Shown here: in pieces, positions 24,374-34,260 of the stretch
How positions within the stretch are numbered: position 1 is the first letter of the stretch
How the letters are laid out: the number at the start of each line of letters is the position of its first letter
DNA from: Vicinamibacterales bacterium
GTDB taxonomy: Bacteria > Acidobacteriota > Vicinamibacteria > Vicinamibacterales > UBA2999
Assembly: GCA_036274155.1 (NCBI GenBank)
Contig: DASUGH010000041.1
Coordinates: 46,373 to 110,372, forward strand
DNA length: 64,000 nt
Direction of reading: 5' to 3'
Translations under genes and position numbers: made by a program
The notes under the pieces: model-generated
Database searches by the model: none
Seen by the model: the letters and a program-made list of their open reading frames with translations, nothing else
What the model was told of the DNA's origin: nothing

Positions 24374-24402
24374 ATTACAGCGGAATGGCTAAAACGGGAC
24401 AA
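24374..24402 (-). promoter_or_regulatory. Candidate sigma70-type promoter for the collagen-like gene
   Basis: On the minus strand: TTGTCC (24402..24397), a 17-nt spacer, then TGTAAT (24379..24374), about 44 nt upstream of the ATG. Found by pattern match only. Confidence 0.4.
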
Positions 24403-24566
24403 GGTGCAGAAGTGACGCTGCTGCAGTGAATTGCAAGGATCTTTCGGCTCGAGGACGGGTGCGTGTGTTGCGGAACGAGACACGGCGTCCCACACGTGCG
24501 CGCGACGGCCGGTCTCCTCCGATCCCGGCCGTCTGCGTCACGGCTCTTCACGCGATTGCTCGTGCT

Positions 24567-24678
24567 GACCGTGCTGAAGCTCGGTCCTGCGACGGATCGG
24601 GTGTCTAACCGAGCTGAAGCTCGGTTCTGCGACGGATCAGGTGTCAACCGAGCTGAAGCTCGGGTCTGCGACGGATCC
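24567..24678. repeat. REP-like hairpin cluster, three copies at a 39-bp period
   Basis: The unit AACCGAGCTGAAGCTCGGTTCTGCGACGGATC(A/G)GGTGTC occurs three times, and the first copy is diverged (GACCGTGC...). Inverse orientation relative to the 11.1-kb cluster. Confidence 0.8.
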
Positions 24679-24708
24679 GCATCCAACCGGCCGCCACAAC
24701 GAGCGGCG

Positions 24709-25248
24709 TCAAAGGGCGTCGAGGCCTTTCAGGATTCGTCCGATCGTCAGGATCGTGTTCCAGTTCCGCGTGGTGACCGGGACGCCGAAGATCTGCTCGA
24801 GCCGACCGAGGTAGCCGATCGCTCTCATTTCACGGCGGTACAGGCCAAGGACGAAGCGGCCTTCACAGGCCAAAATTCTCAGACACCACGCGCCATCAGC
24901 GGGCATCGTCACCGGCATTCGCGCCGGCGGCGGGCGGCGCCTCGCCAGCACGCTGACAAAGCGGACCACTCCAGGCTCGGAGGGCCGACTCCCGAAAGGA
25001 TTGCCGGACACAAGACGGAGGATGTCGCGGCCGTCGCAAACTATCAGGTCGGCTTCGAACGGCAATCGGCGGAGCATCTCGGCGCGCAGGGTGGTTCGGC
25101 CGACTGCGGCAGGAATCACAAAGGTCCCGGCTGCACCGACGTTCACGACACGGAAGCGCTTCAGCGCCTGCGCCAGAAGGCTCGGACGAAAGGTCCGGTG
25201 CCCCCCGACGTTCACGCCTTTGAGGAAGACGACAAGTGCCACGTCCAC
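24709..25248 (-). CDS. DUF1697-family protein
   Basis: The start VVFLKGVNVGGHRTFRPSLLAQAL... plus NVGAAGTFV and a C-terminal TTRNWNT motif are characteristic of DUF1697. Confidence 0.8.
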   Translation of the reverse strand: MDVALVVFLKGVNVGGHRTFRPSLLAQALKRFRVVNVGAAGTFVIPAAVGRTTLRAEMLRRLPFEADLIVCDGRDILRLVSGNPFGSRPSEPGVVRFVSVLARRRPPPARMPVTMPADGAWCLRILACEGRFVLGLYRREMRAIGYLGRLEQIFGVPVTTRNWNTILTIGRILKGLDAL

Positions 25249-25417
25249 TCAATATGGCGACGCCCCGATAGCGGTCAACTGAACAGTGTCGGACATCACA
25301 GTGCCGGATATGACAGTTGACCCGGCTGCCGCGAATTCCACAGAATCATCGGGCCGGAACGTCACCTGCCGTGACACGCGCCGGCGCCAGCTGAATCCAT
25401 GCGAGGAGCGAGATCAC

Positions 25418-25993
25418 ATGACAATCAACGCTGTGCCAGGCCGGCGCCGCGGACGGCTGCAGGCAGCCGCGGCACTCACCGTCGTATTACTGCTCGTCAT
25501 CGCCGGTAACGGGCGCGCGCAGCAACGCGGCGGCGCCGGCGCGAACAGCGCCGTGGAGCGCGGAAGATACCTGGTCGGCATCACCGGATGCCACGACTGC
25601 CACTCCCCGAAGATCAAGGGCATGACTCCCGACACCGATCGCGCGCTGTCGGGCAGGCCGCAGACGACGATGCTTCCGTCAGCCAGGGATGGAGAAATCC
25701 ACGCGTCCCTCGATCTCACGGCGTGGACCGGCCCGTGGGGACAGACCGTGGCGTCGAACCTCACGCCCGACCCGGACACCGGCATCGGAAAACGCTACAC
25801 CGAAGCCTCGTTCGTGACGGCGATGCGGACCGGCAAGAAGCCAAACGGCACGCAGATACAGCCGCCGATGCCGTCGGACGTCTACCAGAACATGACGGAT
25901 GACGACCTGAAGGCGATCTGGGCGTACCTTCAGACCATCAAGCCGATCAGGAATCCTGTGCTGGCCGGGATTCCGCCGCCCGCCAAGAAGTAG
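25418..25993 (+). CDS. c-type cytochrome (single CxxCH), membrane-anchored or secreted
   Basis: GAGGAG SD-like sequence before ATG 25418 and a hydrophobic N-terminus. Contains ERGRYLVGITGCHDCHSP and a distal PPMP segment (candidate Met ligand). Confidence 0.75.
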   Translation: MTINAVPGRRRGRLQAAAALTVVLLLVIAGNGRAQQRGGAGANSAVERGRYLVGITGCHDCHSPKIKGMTPDTDRALSGRPQTTMLPSARDGEIHASLDLTAWTGPWGQTVASNLTPDPDTGIGKRYTEASFVTAMRTGKKPNGTQIQPPMPSDVYQNMTDDDLKAIWAYLQTIKPIRNPVLAGIPPPAKK

Positions 25994-26004
25994 ACGGTCT
26001 GCGG

Positions 26005-27525
26005 TCAGTGGACGTCCGAGGGGACGCGGAGGTCGATGATCGTCGCGACGAGACCGCGTGGCGGCGCGGAATAGCCACTCTGCCACGCGAGTCGCGTCGC
26101 CGGATCGGCCACGTCCGGGTGGGCGGTGCGCAGCGCCTGAATGAACATCTCCTTGGCCACCCAGTCGGCGTCGGCTGACAGCGACCCGAATTCATCCAGG
26201 TGACGGATCGGCGCCACGATCGTATTCGGCCGCTGCAGCACGACGAACACGCGCCCGCCCGCCTGTGGATCGAACCCGGATGCCTCGTCCATCATCCGCG
26301 ACCACTCCTCCGCCTGCGGCCGCGCGACGAGGCGATCGACGTTCCAGAGGGCGCTGGCGGCGATGAGCGCCACGATCGACGCTGCTAGTACGGGGCGCAA
26401 CCGCCCCTGATGAGCTCCTCCCAGCTCGAGGCAACGCCGCACCCCGAGGCCGAAGGCGATCAGCACGACGCCGGAAAGCGGCCAGACCGTCCGGTAGGTG
26501 GGCCAGCGCTCGGCGGCAACGAAGCTGACTGCGTAGGCAACGAGGAGCAGCGCTCCAAGCCCGGCCGTCCGCTTCATCGCCTGACGAATGCCGCCGCCGA
26601 TGAAAAGGCTCGTCACGACGCCGGTGGCCACGAGCGCCTGCATGGCGGTGTACCACGGCTCGGTACGGCGCATCATGTCTCTCAGGACGTAGAGGCCCAG
26701 CGCTTCGCGCAGCGCGTTCTGAGCGAACCACACGAATTTCGCAAACGGGTGGATATCGATGACCACGCGGCGTGAAGGCCGGAATCCGAACACGTCGAAC
26801 AGAACCAGTGTGATGACGAATGAGAGCGCCAGGGCCGCGGCCACGAGTCCGAGATGGCCGGCGAGCCAGCGCCACGTACGCGCCCTGCGCCCGAGCCATC
26901 CGGCACCGACCGGAACGACGTAGAGAAGCGCGTTCGACTGGTACGTAAGCGTCGCGGCGAGCAGCAGCGCGAACGCCGCGAGAATGGCGAGCAGTCGAGG
27001 CGGTCCGCGCCGATCGAAGCCGGCGTCGGAGATCGCAAACGCGCCGATCGACATCGCACCGGCAGCGGCCTGCGGCCAGCACGAGGCCCACGACGCCACC
27101 ACCTGTGTCGCCGGGAGAAGTGCCAGCAGGATGCCGGCCGCCACCGCCGAGGCAGTGCTCCACTGGAATCGAGTGGCCAGAATGCGCGCGAACATCGCAC
27201 CTGCAAAGCCGATCAGCAGCGCCGCCAGCAGCCGCGCGACAGCAAGCGAGGGGACGTCGAGATGAGGGTGGGTGATGCTCAGCAGCAGGCCGTAAATCGG
27301 ACGGCCTTCCGCAACGCAGACCGCGATGAGCTTCGCAGGCTGGACGATGGCTTCCCGCAGCATGGAGTAGTCGTCGCGAAGGCCGTACTCGCGCAGGATC
27401 GCAGGCGAATAAAGGAGCGGGGGCACGAGCGCAACGAGCCACACGAAACGCCGGAAGCGAACGCCGCGCGTTCCTGCTGCGGCGTCGTTGACGCGAATGC
27501 GCTCAGATGTTGTAACCGCCCGCAT
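26005..27525 (-). CDS. Large polytopic membrane protein (GT-C/glycosyltransferase-39-like shape, unassigned)
   Basis: 506 aa with about 11 hydrophobic helices, then a roughly 110-aa soluble C-terminal domain. The family assignment is a guess from architecture only. Confidence 0.55.
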   Translation of the reverse strand: MRAVTTSERIRVNDAAAGTRGVRFRRFVWLVALVPPLLYSPAILREYGLRDDYSMLREAIVQPAKLIAVCVAEGRPIYGLLLSITHPHLDVPSLAVARLLAALLIGFAGAMFARILATRFQWSTASAVAAGILLALLPATQVVASWASCWPQAAAGAMSIGAFAISDAGFDRRGPPRLLAILAAFALLLAATLTYQSNALLYVVPVGAGWLGRRARTWRWLAGHLGLVAAALALSFVITLVLFDVFGFRPSRRVVIDIHPFAKFVWFAQNALREALGLYVLRDMMRRTEPWYTAMQALVATGVVTSLFIGGGIRQAMKRTAGLGALLLVAYAVSFVAAERWPTYRTVWPLSGVVLIAFGLGVRRCLELGGAHQGRLRPVLAASIVALIAASALWNVDRLVARPQAEEWSRMMDEASGFDPQAGGRVFVVLQRPNTIVAPIRHLDEFGSLSADADWVAKEMFIQALRTAHPDVADPATRLAWQSGYSAPPRGLVATIIDLRVPSDVH

Positions 27526-27876
27526 GAGTTTTCAGACCTTACGCTCGAGCATCGAAAGGTGAGCCGTCTGACCGCCGTCAGGCGCACGTCAGCCATCAGC
27601 GGATCTCCAGGAAAAGCAAGGCACCGCCTTGACGCCTCGCCAGCGGCGCGGGTCTGGCCGCGGCTTCGTCGACCTCCTGGTCGGGGCGGAAGCATCCGCC
27701 CTTCCTGCACTGATCGGGCCACCTGCAGGCCTGAGGCGCCGCGCCGGCGGCTGTGCGCCGCGGATCGGATGATCGTACTCGGCCGATGGCCAGTGTTGCC
27801 GCGCGGAGACGTTGGCAGCTCAGCTGTTGCGCACGGAATCGAGGCGGGTGGACGTGCTCGCTTGCCGTGTCGGTGC

Positions 27877-28722
27877 TCAATGAGGCGAGGAAGAAGTGTT
27901 CGAGAGGCTCGCGACGAATTCGAGCACCGGCTCCCAGTAGGCCCGATCACTTACCGGAAACGCATCGTTGTGATCGCCACCGCGTATGACCGCGAAACGC
28001 TTCGGGGCATCGAGACGGTCGAACAGCTCACGGCCGAGATCGAACGGAATCACACTGTCGCGGTCGCCGTGCATCACCAGTACCGGCCCGGAGAAATCCC
28101 GAAGAGCGTCGACCGTCGCGAAGCGATAGCTCGAGAACAGATTCAATGCCCTCAGGATTGGATTGCGGCGAATGACCGCCGCCTTGTCCGCAAAGGTGCT
28201 CTCCAGGATCACGCCATCCGGCGGAGCGAAACGCGCCGCCGCAGCAGCCACCGCGCCGCCGAGCGACCGTCCCCAGTAGACGAGCGGGCGCGACGCGCCG
28301 GACGCGCGCTGCCGCCGCGCATACGTCACGACCGCTTCGGCGTCTCGATACAGGCCTTGTTCGGACGGGCGGCCCGTGCTCCCGCCGTAGCCACGGTAGT
28401 CGACGGCGAGGACGCGGAGCTTCGCGTGTGTGAGCGCGGCGAACACCGGCAGCCATACCGACAGGTTGCCACCGTTGCCGTGGAAGTACACGACATCCGC
28501 ACTTGAATCCTCCGGCTCGAGCTGCCACGCGACGAGACGCTCGCCATCCGTCGTTGAAAGCTCGAGGCGATGATAGTTGATGCCCTCGGCCGAAGGGTTC
28601 TCGACTTCGCCGGCCATCGGGTAGAAGACCAACGAGGGCTCGAGCGCGGTGACGAGAAGCTTGAGCAGGACGCAGGCGGCGATGAGGACGAGCGTAGCGA
28701 CGAGCATGCGACCGAGAGTCAT
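27877..28722 (-). CDS. Alpha/beta hydrolase, membrane-anchored
   Basis: N-terminal TM helix, the segment HGNGGN, nucleophile elbow GRSLGG (GxSxG), and distal D (HGDRD) and H (GGDHND) residues. Confidence 0.8.
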   Translation of the reverse strand: MTLGRMLVATLVLIAACVLLKLLVTALEPSLVFYPMAGEVENPSAEGINYHRLELSTTDGERLVAWQLEPEDSSADVVYFHGNGGNLSVWLPVFAALTHAKLRVLAVDYRGYGGSTGRPSEQGLYRDAEAVVTYARRQRASGASRPLVYWGRSLGGAVAAAAARFAPPDGVILESTFADKAAVIRRNPILRALNLFSSYRFATVDALRDFSGPVLVMHGDRDSVIPFDLGRELFDRLDAPKRFAVIRGGDHNDAFPVSDRAYWEPVLEFVASLSNTSSSPH

Positions 28723-28766
28723 CGACGGCTTCGTCTATCTGACGCGTTCTGACAACGGGCGGATCC

Positions 28767-28874
28767 TCAGATCTCGTCGATCCGCACCAGCCCGCGCCTG
28801 ACCGCATAGGCGACGAGCTGCGCGCGGGTCTGCAGCCCGAGTTTGTCGAGCGTTCGGGCTAGGTGCGTCTTTTA
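28767..28874 (-). pseudogene. LuxR/NarL-type HTH tail remnant
   Basis: The minus-strand reading is TAA(28872..28874)-KTHLARTLDKLGLQTRAQLVAYAVRRGLVRIDEI*. This is the last helices of a GerE/LuxR HTH; compare the tail of 55319..55960. It is preceded by an in-frame stop and has no receiver domain. Confidence 0.45.
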
Positions 28875-29020
28875 CGATCCTCCCGTGCTCGACGACGCGA
28901 GGCCCCGTCCAGTGAAGCCGCACGCCACCTGGCAGGCGGGTCGTCATGAAGACAACGTACCCGCCTCCCGCGTGGTGGCATCACCAGTGAGAGCGATTCT
29001 CACCGCTGCTCGACATGTGG

Positions 29021-29965
29021 TCAGTCGTTCGCCCCTTTGACCTTGGCGCGATTCGTGACCCAGATATCCCCCGATCCTTCCACTCCCGACCGTGTCGTTC
29101 CGAAATACAGCGTTGTGGCACCCCACGACAGAAAGGGGCGCGTCTCGACGGCAGTACTGTTCACGTTGGCGCCTGCATTCTCTGGCAGCGACCAGGCATC
29201 CGTCTGGCGTTCCCGTACGGCGGACCAGATATCAGCGTTGCCCAGACCGCCCGGCCTGGTCGAGTCAAAGAAGATCTCGAGGCCATCGCGACGCACGTTT
29301 GGCCGTGAGTCCTCGTGCTCGGTATTGAGACCCTCAGCGAGCTGCGGGGTCCCGAGCGAGCCGTCCGACAACACGGGGCTGACATAGATATCACTATCTG
29401 TATCAGGCGCGACGGCGGAGTATCCACCCGCCCTGTTGCTCGAGAAGTAAAGCTCCTGCCGTTCATCGTCGTAGTCCACGAGGATCGGGCTCGCCTCGTT
29501 GGCGGGACTGTTGACCACGCAGCCGAGGTTCTCAGGCGTCTGCCATCCACGTTTCTTGTCGTATCGAGCCAGGTAGATGTCGGAGCCGCCGCACCCGCCG
29601 GACTTGGTGCTCACGAAAAGCAGGCCCCGTCCATTTCTGAGCGGTGTCGGGCAGAACTCGTCGGCGCCGGTGTTGACGATCGGTCCCAGGTTGACCGGTG
29701 GACCGAATGGCTCGTCGGCGCTCTCGCGTTCCGCCATCCAGATGTCGAGGAAACCCTGCCCCCCGGGCCGATTGGAAGCCATGAAGATCGACAAGCCGTC
29801 CCTGGATGGCGCCGGGCAGCCATCCTGCAACGCCGTGTTGAAGCTCGGATCGGTGCCAGCGATGCTCTCGACGCTGAATGCCTGCGACCATTCCCCGAAA
29901 TGCATTGCCCGCCCGACGGTGCCGGCGAGAAGCAGGAACAACAGGAGCGTTCCCTTGTTGCGCAT
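29021..29965 (-). CDS. Secreted PD40/TolB-like beta-propeller repeat protein
   Basis: Signal peptide, then repeated blocks P..S.DG..L.F.S.R.GG.G..DI (SRDGLSIFMASNRPGGQGFLDIW, GRGLLFVSTKSGGCGGSDIY, ELYFSSNRAGG, GLEIFFDSTRPGGLGNADIW, TLYFGTTRSG..GSGDIW). Confidence 0.8.
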   Translation of the reverse strand: MRNKGTLLLFLLLAGTVGRAMHFGEWSQAFSVESIAGTDPSFNTALQDGCPAPSRDGLSIFMASNRPGGQGFLDIWMAERESADEPFGPPVNLGPIVNTGADEFCPTPLRNGRGLLFVSTKSGGCGGSDIYLARYDKKRGWQTPENLGCVVNSPANEASPILVDYDDERQELYFSSNRAGGYSAVAPDTDSDIYVSPVLSDGSLGTPQLAEGLNTEHEDSRPNVRRDGLEIFFDSTRPGGLGNADIWSAVRERQTDAWSLPENAGANVNSTAVETRPFLSWGATTLYFGTTRSGVEGSGDIWVTNRAKVKGAND

Positions 29966-30104
29966 ACGACCCTCCTTGTAGGATGTCCGCCAACGAACGC
30001 CCGGACGGCGAGAGGCTCGACCTCGCCGCCGGCGATGGACGGAATCCTGCGCTTCGAGGCCCGCGCCTGTCGGGAGACTTTCGGGACCAAATCAGGGGAT
30101 TGTC

Positions 30105-30818
30105 GTGAGAGCCGCCCAGGTGGTGCGTTTCGGGTCGTTCGAGCTGGATGCCGCTCGCCGGCGGCTCGGCTCGGGTGCGCACGATGTCCATCTGACGCGC
30201 AAGGCGTTCGAGCTGCTTGCGCTTCTGCTCGATGAAGCCCCGCGCGTGGTCTCGAAGCGCGAAATCCACGAGCGCATCTGGCCAGGCACGTTCGTCTCCG
30301 ACGCCGCGCTCGTCGGGCTCGTCAAGGAGCTGCGGCGGGCGCTGCACGACCGCGACGTCCAGTCACCGCTGATTCGAACCGTTCACGGTGTCGGGTACGC
30401 GATAGCTGCACCGGTGAAGCGGCAGCGACCGGCACCGCCACCGGATGCGACCGGATCGCACTGGCTCGTCGCCAATGGCAAGCGGCTGCCGCTGCGCGAA
30501 GGGGTCAATACCATTGGACGCGACCCTGCGTGCGACGTCTGGCTGAACTTCAGCAGCGTGTCGCGGCATCATGCCCGCATCGTCATCGACGGCAGTGGAA
30601 CGCGCGTCGAGGATGCCGGCAGCAAGAACGGCACGCGCCTCGGCAATGTGCCCTTGACTGAGCCCGCGACGCTCGAGGACGGCGCCATGCTGCGTGTGGG
30701 CGACGTACGGCTCTCGTATCGAACGGCGACGGCTGGCCTCTCTACGGAGACGCGCGGCAGCACCGTCGACGAACGTCCGCGCGCGCGTGCGTCCCGGCGT
30801 GAGGAGCCCTCACGATGA
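30105..30818 (+). CDS. Transcriptional regulator, OmpR/CadC-type winged helix fused to an FHA domain
   Basis: GTG start after an AGGGGA SD-like sequence. The wHTH reads FGSFELD...LTRKAFELLALLL...VSKREI...W.......L...V..LR.AL......IRTVHGVGYA. The FHA domain reads NTIGRDP.CDV......VSRHHARI......VEDAGSKNGT.L. A paralog lies at 35244..35930. Confidence 0.8.
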   Translation: MRAAQVVRFGSFELDAARRRLGSGAHDVHLTRKAFELLALLLDEAPRVVSKREIHERIWPGTFVSDAALVGLVKELRRALHDRDVQSPLIRTVHGVGYAIAAPVKRQRPAPPPDATGSHWLVANGKRLPLREGVNTIGRDPACDVWLNFSSVSRHHARIVIDGSGTRVEDAGSKNGTRLGNVPLTEPATLEDGAMLRVGDVRLSYRTATAGLSTETRGSTVDERPRARASRREEPSR

Positions 30819-30843
30819 CTCTGACGTTCGCTTCACCCCAGCG

Positions 30844-33597
30844 ATGAACGTTCCCTCACAACGAATCGGCCGTTATGAGATTCGGGGCCAGCTCGGCGCC
30901 GGCGGTATGGGTGAGGTCTACCGGGCGTGGGATCCAGACCTGCAGCGTGAGGTGGCCCTCAAACGCCTTCCCGAACATACGGTCCACGATCAGGAGCGAC
31001 GGCGCCGGCTCCTCGACGAGGCGCGTGCCGTCGGTGCGCTCGCGCACGCGAACGTCGTGGCCGTGTACGACGTGGACGTCACCCAGGAGGTGCCGTTCGT
31101 CGTCACCGAGCTCATCGACGGCAAGCGGCTGCGCGACGAGATCGACGCCGGCGCGGTGCCGACGCGGCGCCTGCTCGACCTGGCGGTGCAGATTGCCGCT
31201 GGATTGAGCGCCGCGCACGCGCGCGGGATCACACACCGCGATTTGAAGCCGGAGAACGTGATGATCACGCGCGACGGGCGCGTGAAGCTCGTGGACTTCG
31301 GCCTGGCCAGAGTGGTGACGCCGCCCTCAACCGATGCGGCGACGCTGTCGGTGGCGGTGACGGTCAGCTCGATTTCCGGCACACCGGGCTACATGAGCCC
31401 GGAACAGGCGCGCGGAGCCGAACGGATCGACTTTTATTCCGACCAGTTTTCCTTTGGCTTGATCCTCTACGAAATGGCGACGGGGACGCACCCGTTCCGT
31501 CGCGACAGCGCGGTGGAGACGATGTCGGCCATCGTCAGCGACGAGGCGGACCCTATCGCACGGGTCAACCCGAAGGTGCCGGCCCCGCTCCGCTGGATCA
31601 TCGAGCGCTGTCTGTCGAAGGAACCCGTCGATCGGTACGCCTCGACCACCGACCTGCTGAAGGATCTCGCCACGCTGCAGAGCCGTCTGAGCGAGATCAC
31701 CGCGGAGGGCGTGCGGCCGATAGCGGTCCAGGCGTCGAGCGGGCGGCGGTACGGGCTGCCGATTGCGGCAGCGCTTGCCCTGCTCGCCGGGGCTGCCTCG
31801 TTCGGCTTCGGCGCCGGCGAGGCCCCGGTGCAGAACTGGGTGCCGCTCGTGGCGGACACCTCTTTTCAGACTGCCCCTGCCTGGTCACCAGACGGTAAGA
31901 GACTCGCGTATGTCTCCGAAGTGGATGGTGTCCTGGAGGTCTTCACGAAGGGGACGGAGTCTTCGACTTCAAAGCCAACCTCCTTGACGATCAGGCGCCG
32001 TGTCGACAGCAACGACCCGTTCTGGTCGGCCGTAGACGGCAGCCGCGTCTACTTTCATTCGAAGGCCGGCACGTTCGAAAGTCTCTGGTCGGTCGGCGCT
32101 GTCGGTGGCGACCCGGAGCTCGTTGTGGAGAATGCGACACGCTCGGCGATGTCCCGCGATGGCCATTCGCTCGTGTTCTTCCGGGAGGAGCGCCCTGAGA
32201 CGCCGAACACCTTCGGCCTGCAGCGCTCGTTGTTCTTCGCCTCGGTCGCGAACAATGTCATTGGCGCTCCTCGGCGGTACATGGAACCACCGTTCGACAA
32301 ACGGACCTTCGTCGAGGGCTTTTTTCGCTTCTCCCCGGATGGCTCCAAGGTGCTCGCGTGGGTATGGGGCTGGCCCGATCTGGCGTCGGCCCGGCCGGTG
32401 CCCGTCTCCGAATTCTGGATACTCCCCTGGCCCGCAGGATCAGGAAAGCCTTATCGGGTAATGCAGTCACTGGAACAGGCGGCTCCAGCGCCGGTGTCCT
32501 TCGACTGGCTTTCAGATTCCCGCCACATCGTCCTGTCTCTCTGGGATCGGACCGGCCTGAAGATGCATCTGTGGGAGGCTGACACGGCCGGCACTGACAG
32601 CAGGCAACTCACAGTGACACCGCAAGGCGAGAGTCTGCCGACCGTGACGAGGGACGGAAAGCGGCTCGCCTTCGCCTCTGGCAGCATCAACTTCAATCTC
32701 GTGGAAATTCCCCTCGACGGCGGTCCGGCAAGGGAGATCCTGGCGACGTCGCTGAACGAGGTCGACCCCTCGTTTACACCCGATGGAAGCCGGTATGCGT
32801 TCCAATCGGATTACGACGGAACGCTGCGCATTCAGACCTCGACCTCCGACGATTCCTTCAGACGAACGGTGGTCGACGCCGATGAGTTCAAGGACAGGAC
32901 GCTTGCGCTCGGATCTCTCGCCCTGTCACCGGACGGCGGCCGCATCGCCTATCAGCGATACAGCGCTGAGACGGGCTATCAGGTCCTGTACGGCTCGACG
33001 AGCGGTGGGACGCCGCACGTGCCGATCTCCCAGGGCTCCCTGTACCAGGATGGCCCGTCGTGGTCCCCCGAAGGCGATCGCCTCGCATTTACCGAGCGAA
33101 CCAAGGGCAACGAGTTCGTCATCGCCGTGAAGCAGGTGGGCACCGATCAGCCTCCCAGAGTGGTGGTTCGTGGGCCCGTGAGGATCACATCGAAAGTGAA
33201 GTGGTCGCGTGACGGCCTTTGGATTCTGTTCGAGAACGATGAAGGCCTGGCCATCGTGCAGCCGGACGGCAGCGGTCTCAGGCAGATAAGCAGGGACGAT
33301 TGGATCGAATACGAGTGGGCGGCCGACAGCCGCTCGGTCTATGGACTGCGCGAATCGGACGATCGCTATGGCCACTTCATGCTGGCGCAGATCGATATCA
33401 AGGCCGGAACCGAAGAGCCCGAGCGGATTATCAATCCCGATCTGGGCCTGATTCCGCTGGCACTGCAGCCGATTCGTGGCCTCACCCTCACGCCTAAAAG
33501 GCTGGTCACATCGGTGGCCGAGGCCCCTTCCGCCATCTACAGTCTCGAGAACTTCGCCAGAGAGCGATCGTGGTTCTCCTGGCTACGGCGACGGTGA
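30844..33597 (+). CDS. Ser/Thr protein kinase fused to a PD40/TolB-like beta-propeller
   Basis: Hanks-kinase motifs are present: GAGGMGEVY, VALKRL, HRDLKPENV, DFGLAR, SGTPGYMSPE. A hydrophobic segment (LPIAAALALLAGAASFGF) follows, then at least 8 PD40-like blades (WSPDGKRLAY, SRDGHSLVF, FSPDGSKV, TRDGKRLAF, FTPDGSRYAF, LSPDGGRIAY, WSPEGDRLAF, WSRDGLWILF). Confidence 0.9.
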   Translation: MNVPSQRIGRYEIRGQLGAGGMGEVYRAWDPDLQREVALKRLPEHTVHDQERRRRLLDEARAVGALAHANVVAVYDVDVTQEVPFVVTELIDGKRLRDEIDAGAVPTRRLLDLAVQIAAGLSAAHARGITHRDLKPENVMITRDGRVKLVDFGLARVVTPPSTDAATLSVAVTVSSISGTPGYMSPEQARGAERIDFYSDQFSFGLILYEMATGTHPFRRDSAVETMSAIVSDEADPIARVNPKVPAPLRWIIERCLSKEPVDRYASTTDLLKDLATLQSRLSEITAEGVRPIAVQASSGRRYGLPIAAALALLAGAASFGFGAGEAPVQNWVPLVADTSFQTAPAWSPDGKRLAYVSEVDGVLEVFTKGTESSTSKPTSLTIRRRVDSNDPFWSAVDGSRVYFHSKAGTFESLWSVGAVGGDPELVVENATRSAMSRDGHSLVFFREERPETPNTFGLQRSLFFASVANNVIGAPRRYMEPPFDKRTFVEGFFRFSPDGSKVLAWVWGWPDLASARPVPVSEFWILPWPAGSGKPYRVMQSLEQAAPAPVSFDWLSDSRHIVLSLWDRTGLKMHLWEADTAGTDSRQLTVTPQGESLPTVTRDGKRLAFASGSINFNLVEIPLDGGPAREILATSLNEVDPSFTPDGSRYAFQSDYDGTLRIQTSTSDDSFRRTVVDADEFKDRTLALGSLALSPDGGRIAYQRYSAETGYQVLYGSTSGGTPHVPISQGSLYQDGPSWSPEGDRLAFTERTKGNEFVIAVKQVGTDQPPRVVVRGPVRITSKVKWSRDGLWILFENDEGLAIVQPDGSGLRQISRDDWIEYEWAADSRSVYGLRESDDRYGHFMLAQIDIKAGTEEPERIINPDLGLIPLALQPIRGLTLTPKRLVTSVAEAPSAIYSLENFARERSWFSWLRRR

Positions 33598-33712
33598 CCG
33601 TGCGATGGTCACGGGAAGCAAACCAAGAGATTTCCAAGGATCGACGCGACCGCTGCGATGTTATCCTTCCCGCGTCATCAGGTTTCGTGTCATCCGCTCA
33701 AGGAGAACGATC

Positions 33713-34246
33713 GTGCGGACCTCAATAGCCGTCGCGCTGCTTGCCGTCTTCTCCGCCCCCGGAGCCTTGTGGGCGTGCGGGGACAAGTTCTTTCAAGTCA
33801 GTATGAGTGGCCGGGGGTCGCAGATCTACGCGGCACGTTACCCGAGCAACATCATCATCTACGCCGCCGCTGCCTCTGACGCCGGCAAGCAGCTGCGCGA
33901 CCGCCGTCTGCTCACCTCCTTCAAGCGGGCCAGACACAACGTCGAACTGGTCGAGACGTCAGACGCACTGGAGAAGGCCCTCCAGTCCGGCCAGGTCGAT
34001 CTCGTGTTCACCGACTACGACACCGCACTCGCCATCCGTCACCACGTCACCACCGCGCCAGGAAGCCCGTCTCTGTTGGGCGCCGAGTCGGCGGACAAGC
34101 GGAAGGGCAAGTCGGCACCAGCTCCGCCACCTGACGCCGCAATCGGCGTCGTGAAGGCCTCTGACAAGATCATCGGGCTCCTGACGAAGGTCGACGACGA
34201 GCTGAAGAGGCGCAAGAAGTCCGGATTGCAACCGGCGAAGTCCTGA
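33713..34246 (+). CDS. Exported hypothetical protein with a receiver-like central region (CGDKF N-terminus)
   Basis: GTG 33713 lies 7 nt after AAGGAG. The signal peptide RTSIAVALLAVFSAPGALWA-CGDKF may be a lipobox. The segment NIIIYAAA...FKRARHNVELVETSDALEKALQSGQVDLVFTDYD reads like beta1-alpha-beta3 of a CheY-like fold. The tail is Lys-rich. Confidence 0.55.
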   Translation: MRTSIAVALLAVFSAPGALWACGDKFFQVSMSGRGSQIYAARYPSNIIIYAAAASDAGKQLRDRRLLTSFKRARHNVELVETSDALEKALQSGQVDLVFTDYDTALAIRHHVTTAPGSPSLLGAESADKRKGKSAPAPPPDAAIGVVKASDKIIGLLTKVDDELKRRKKSGLQPAKS

Positions 34247-34260
34247 ACGGACCTGGGCAA

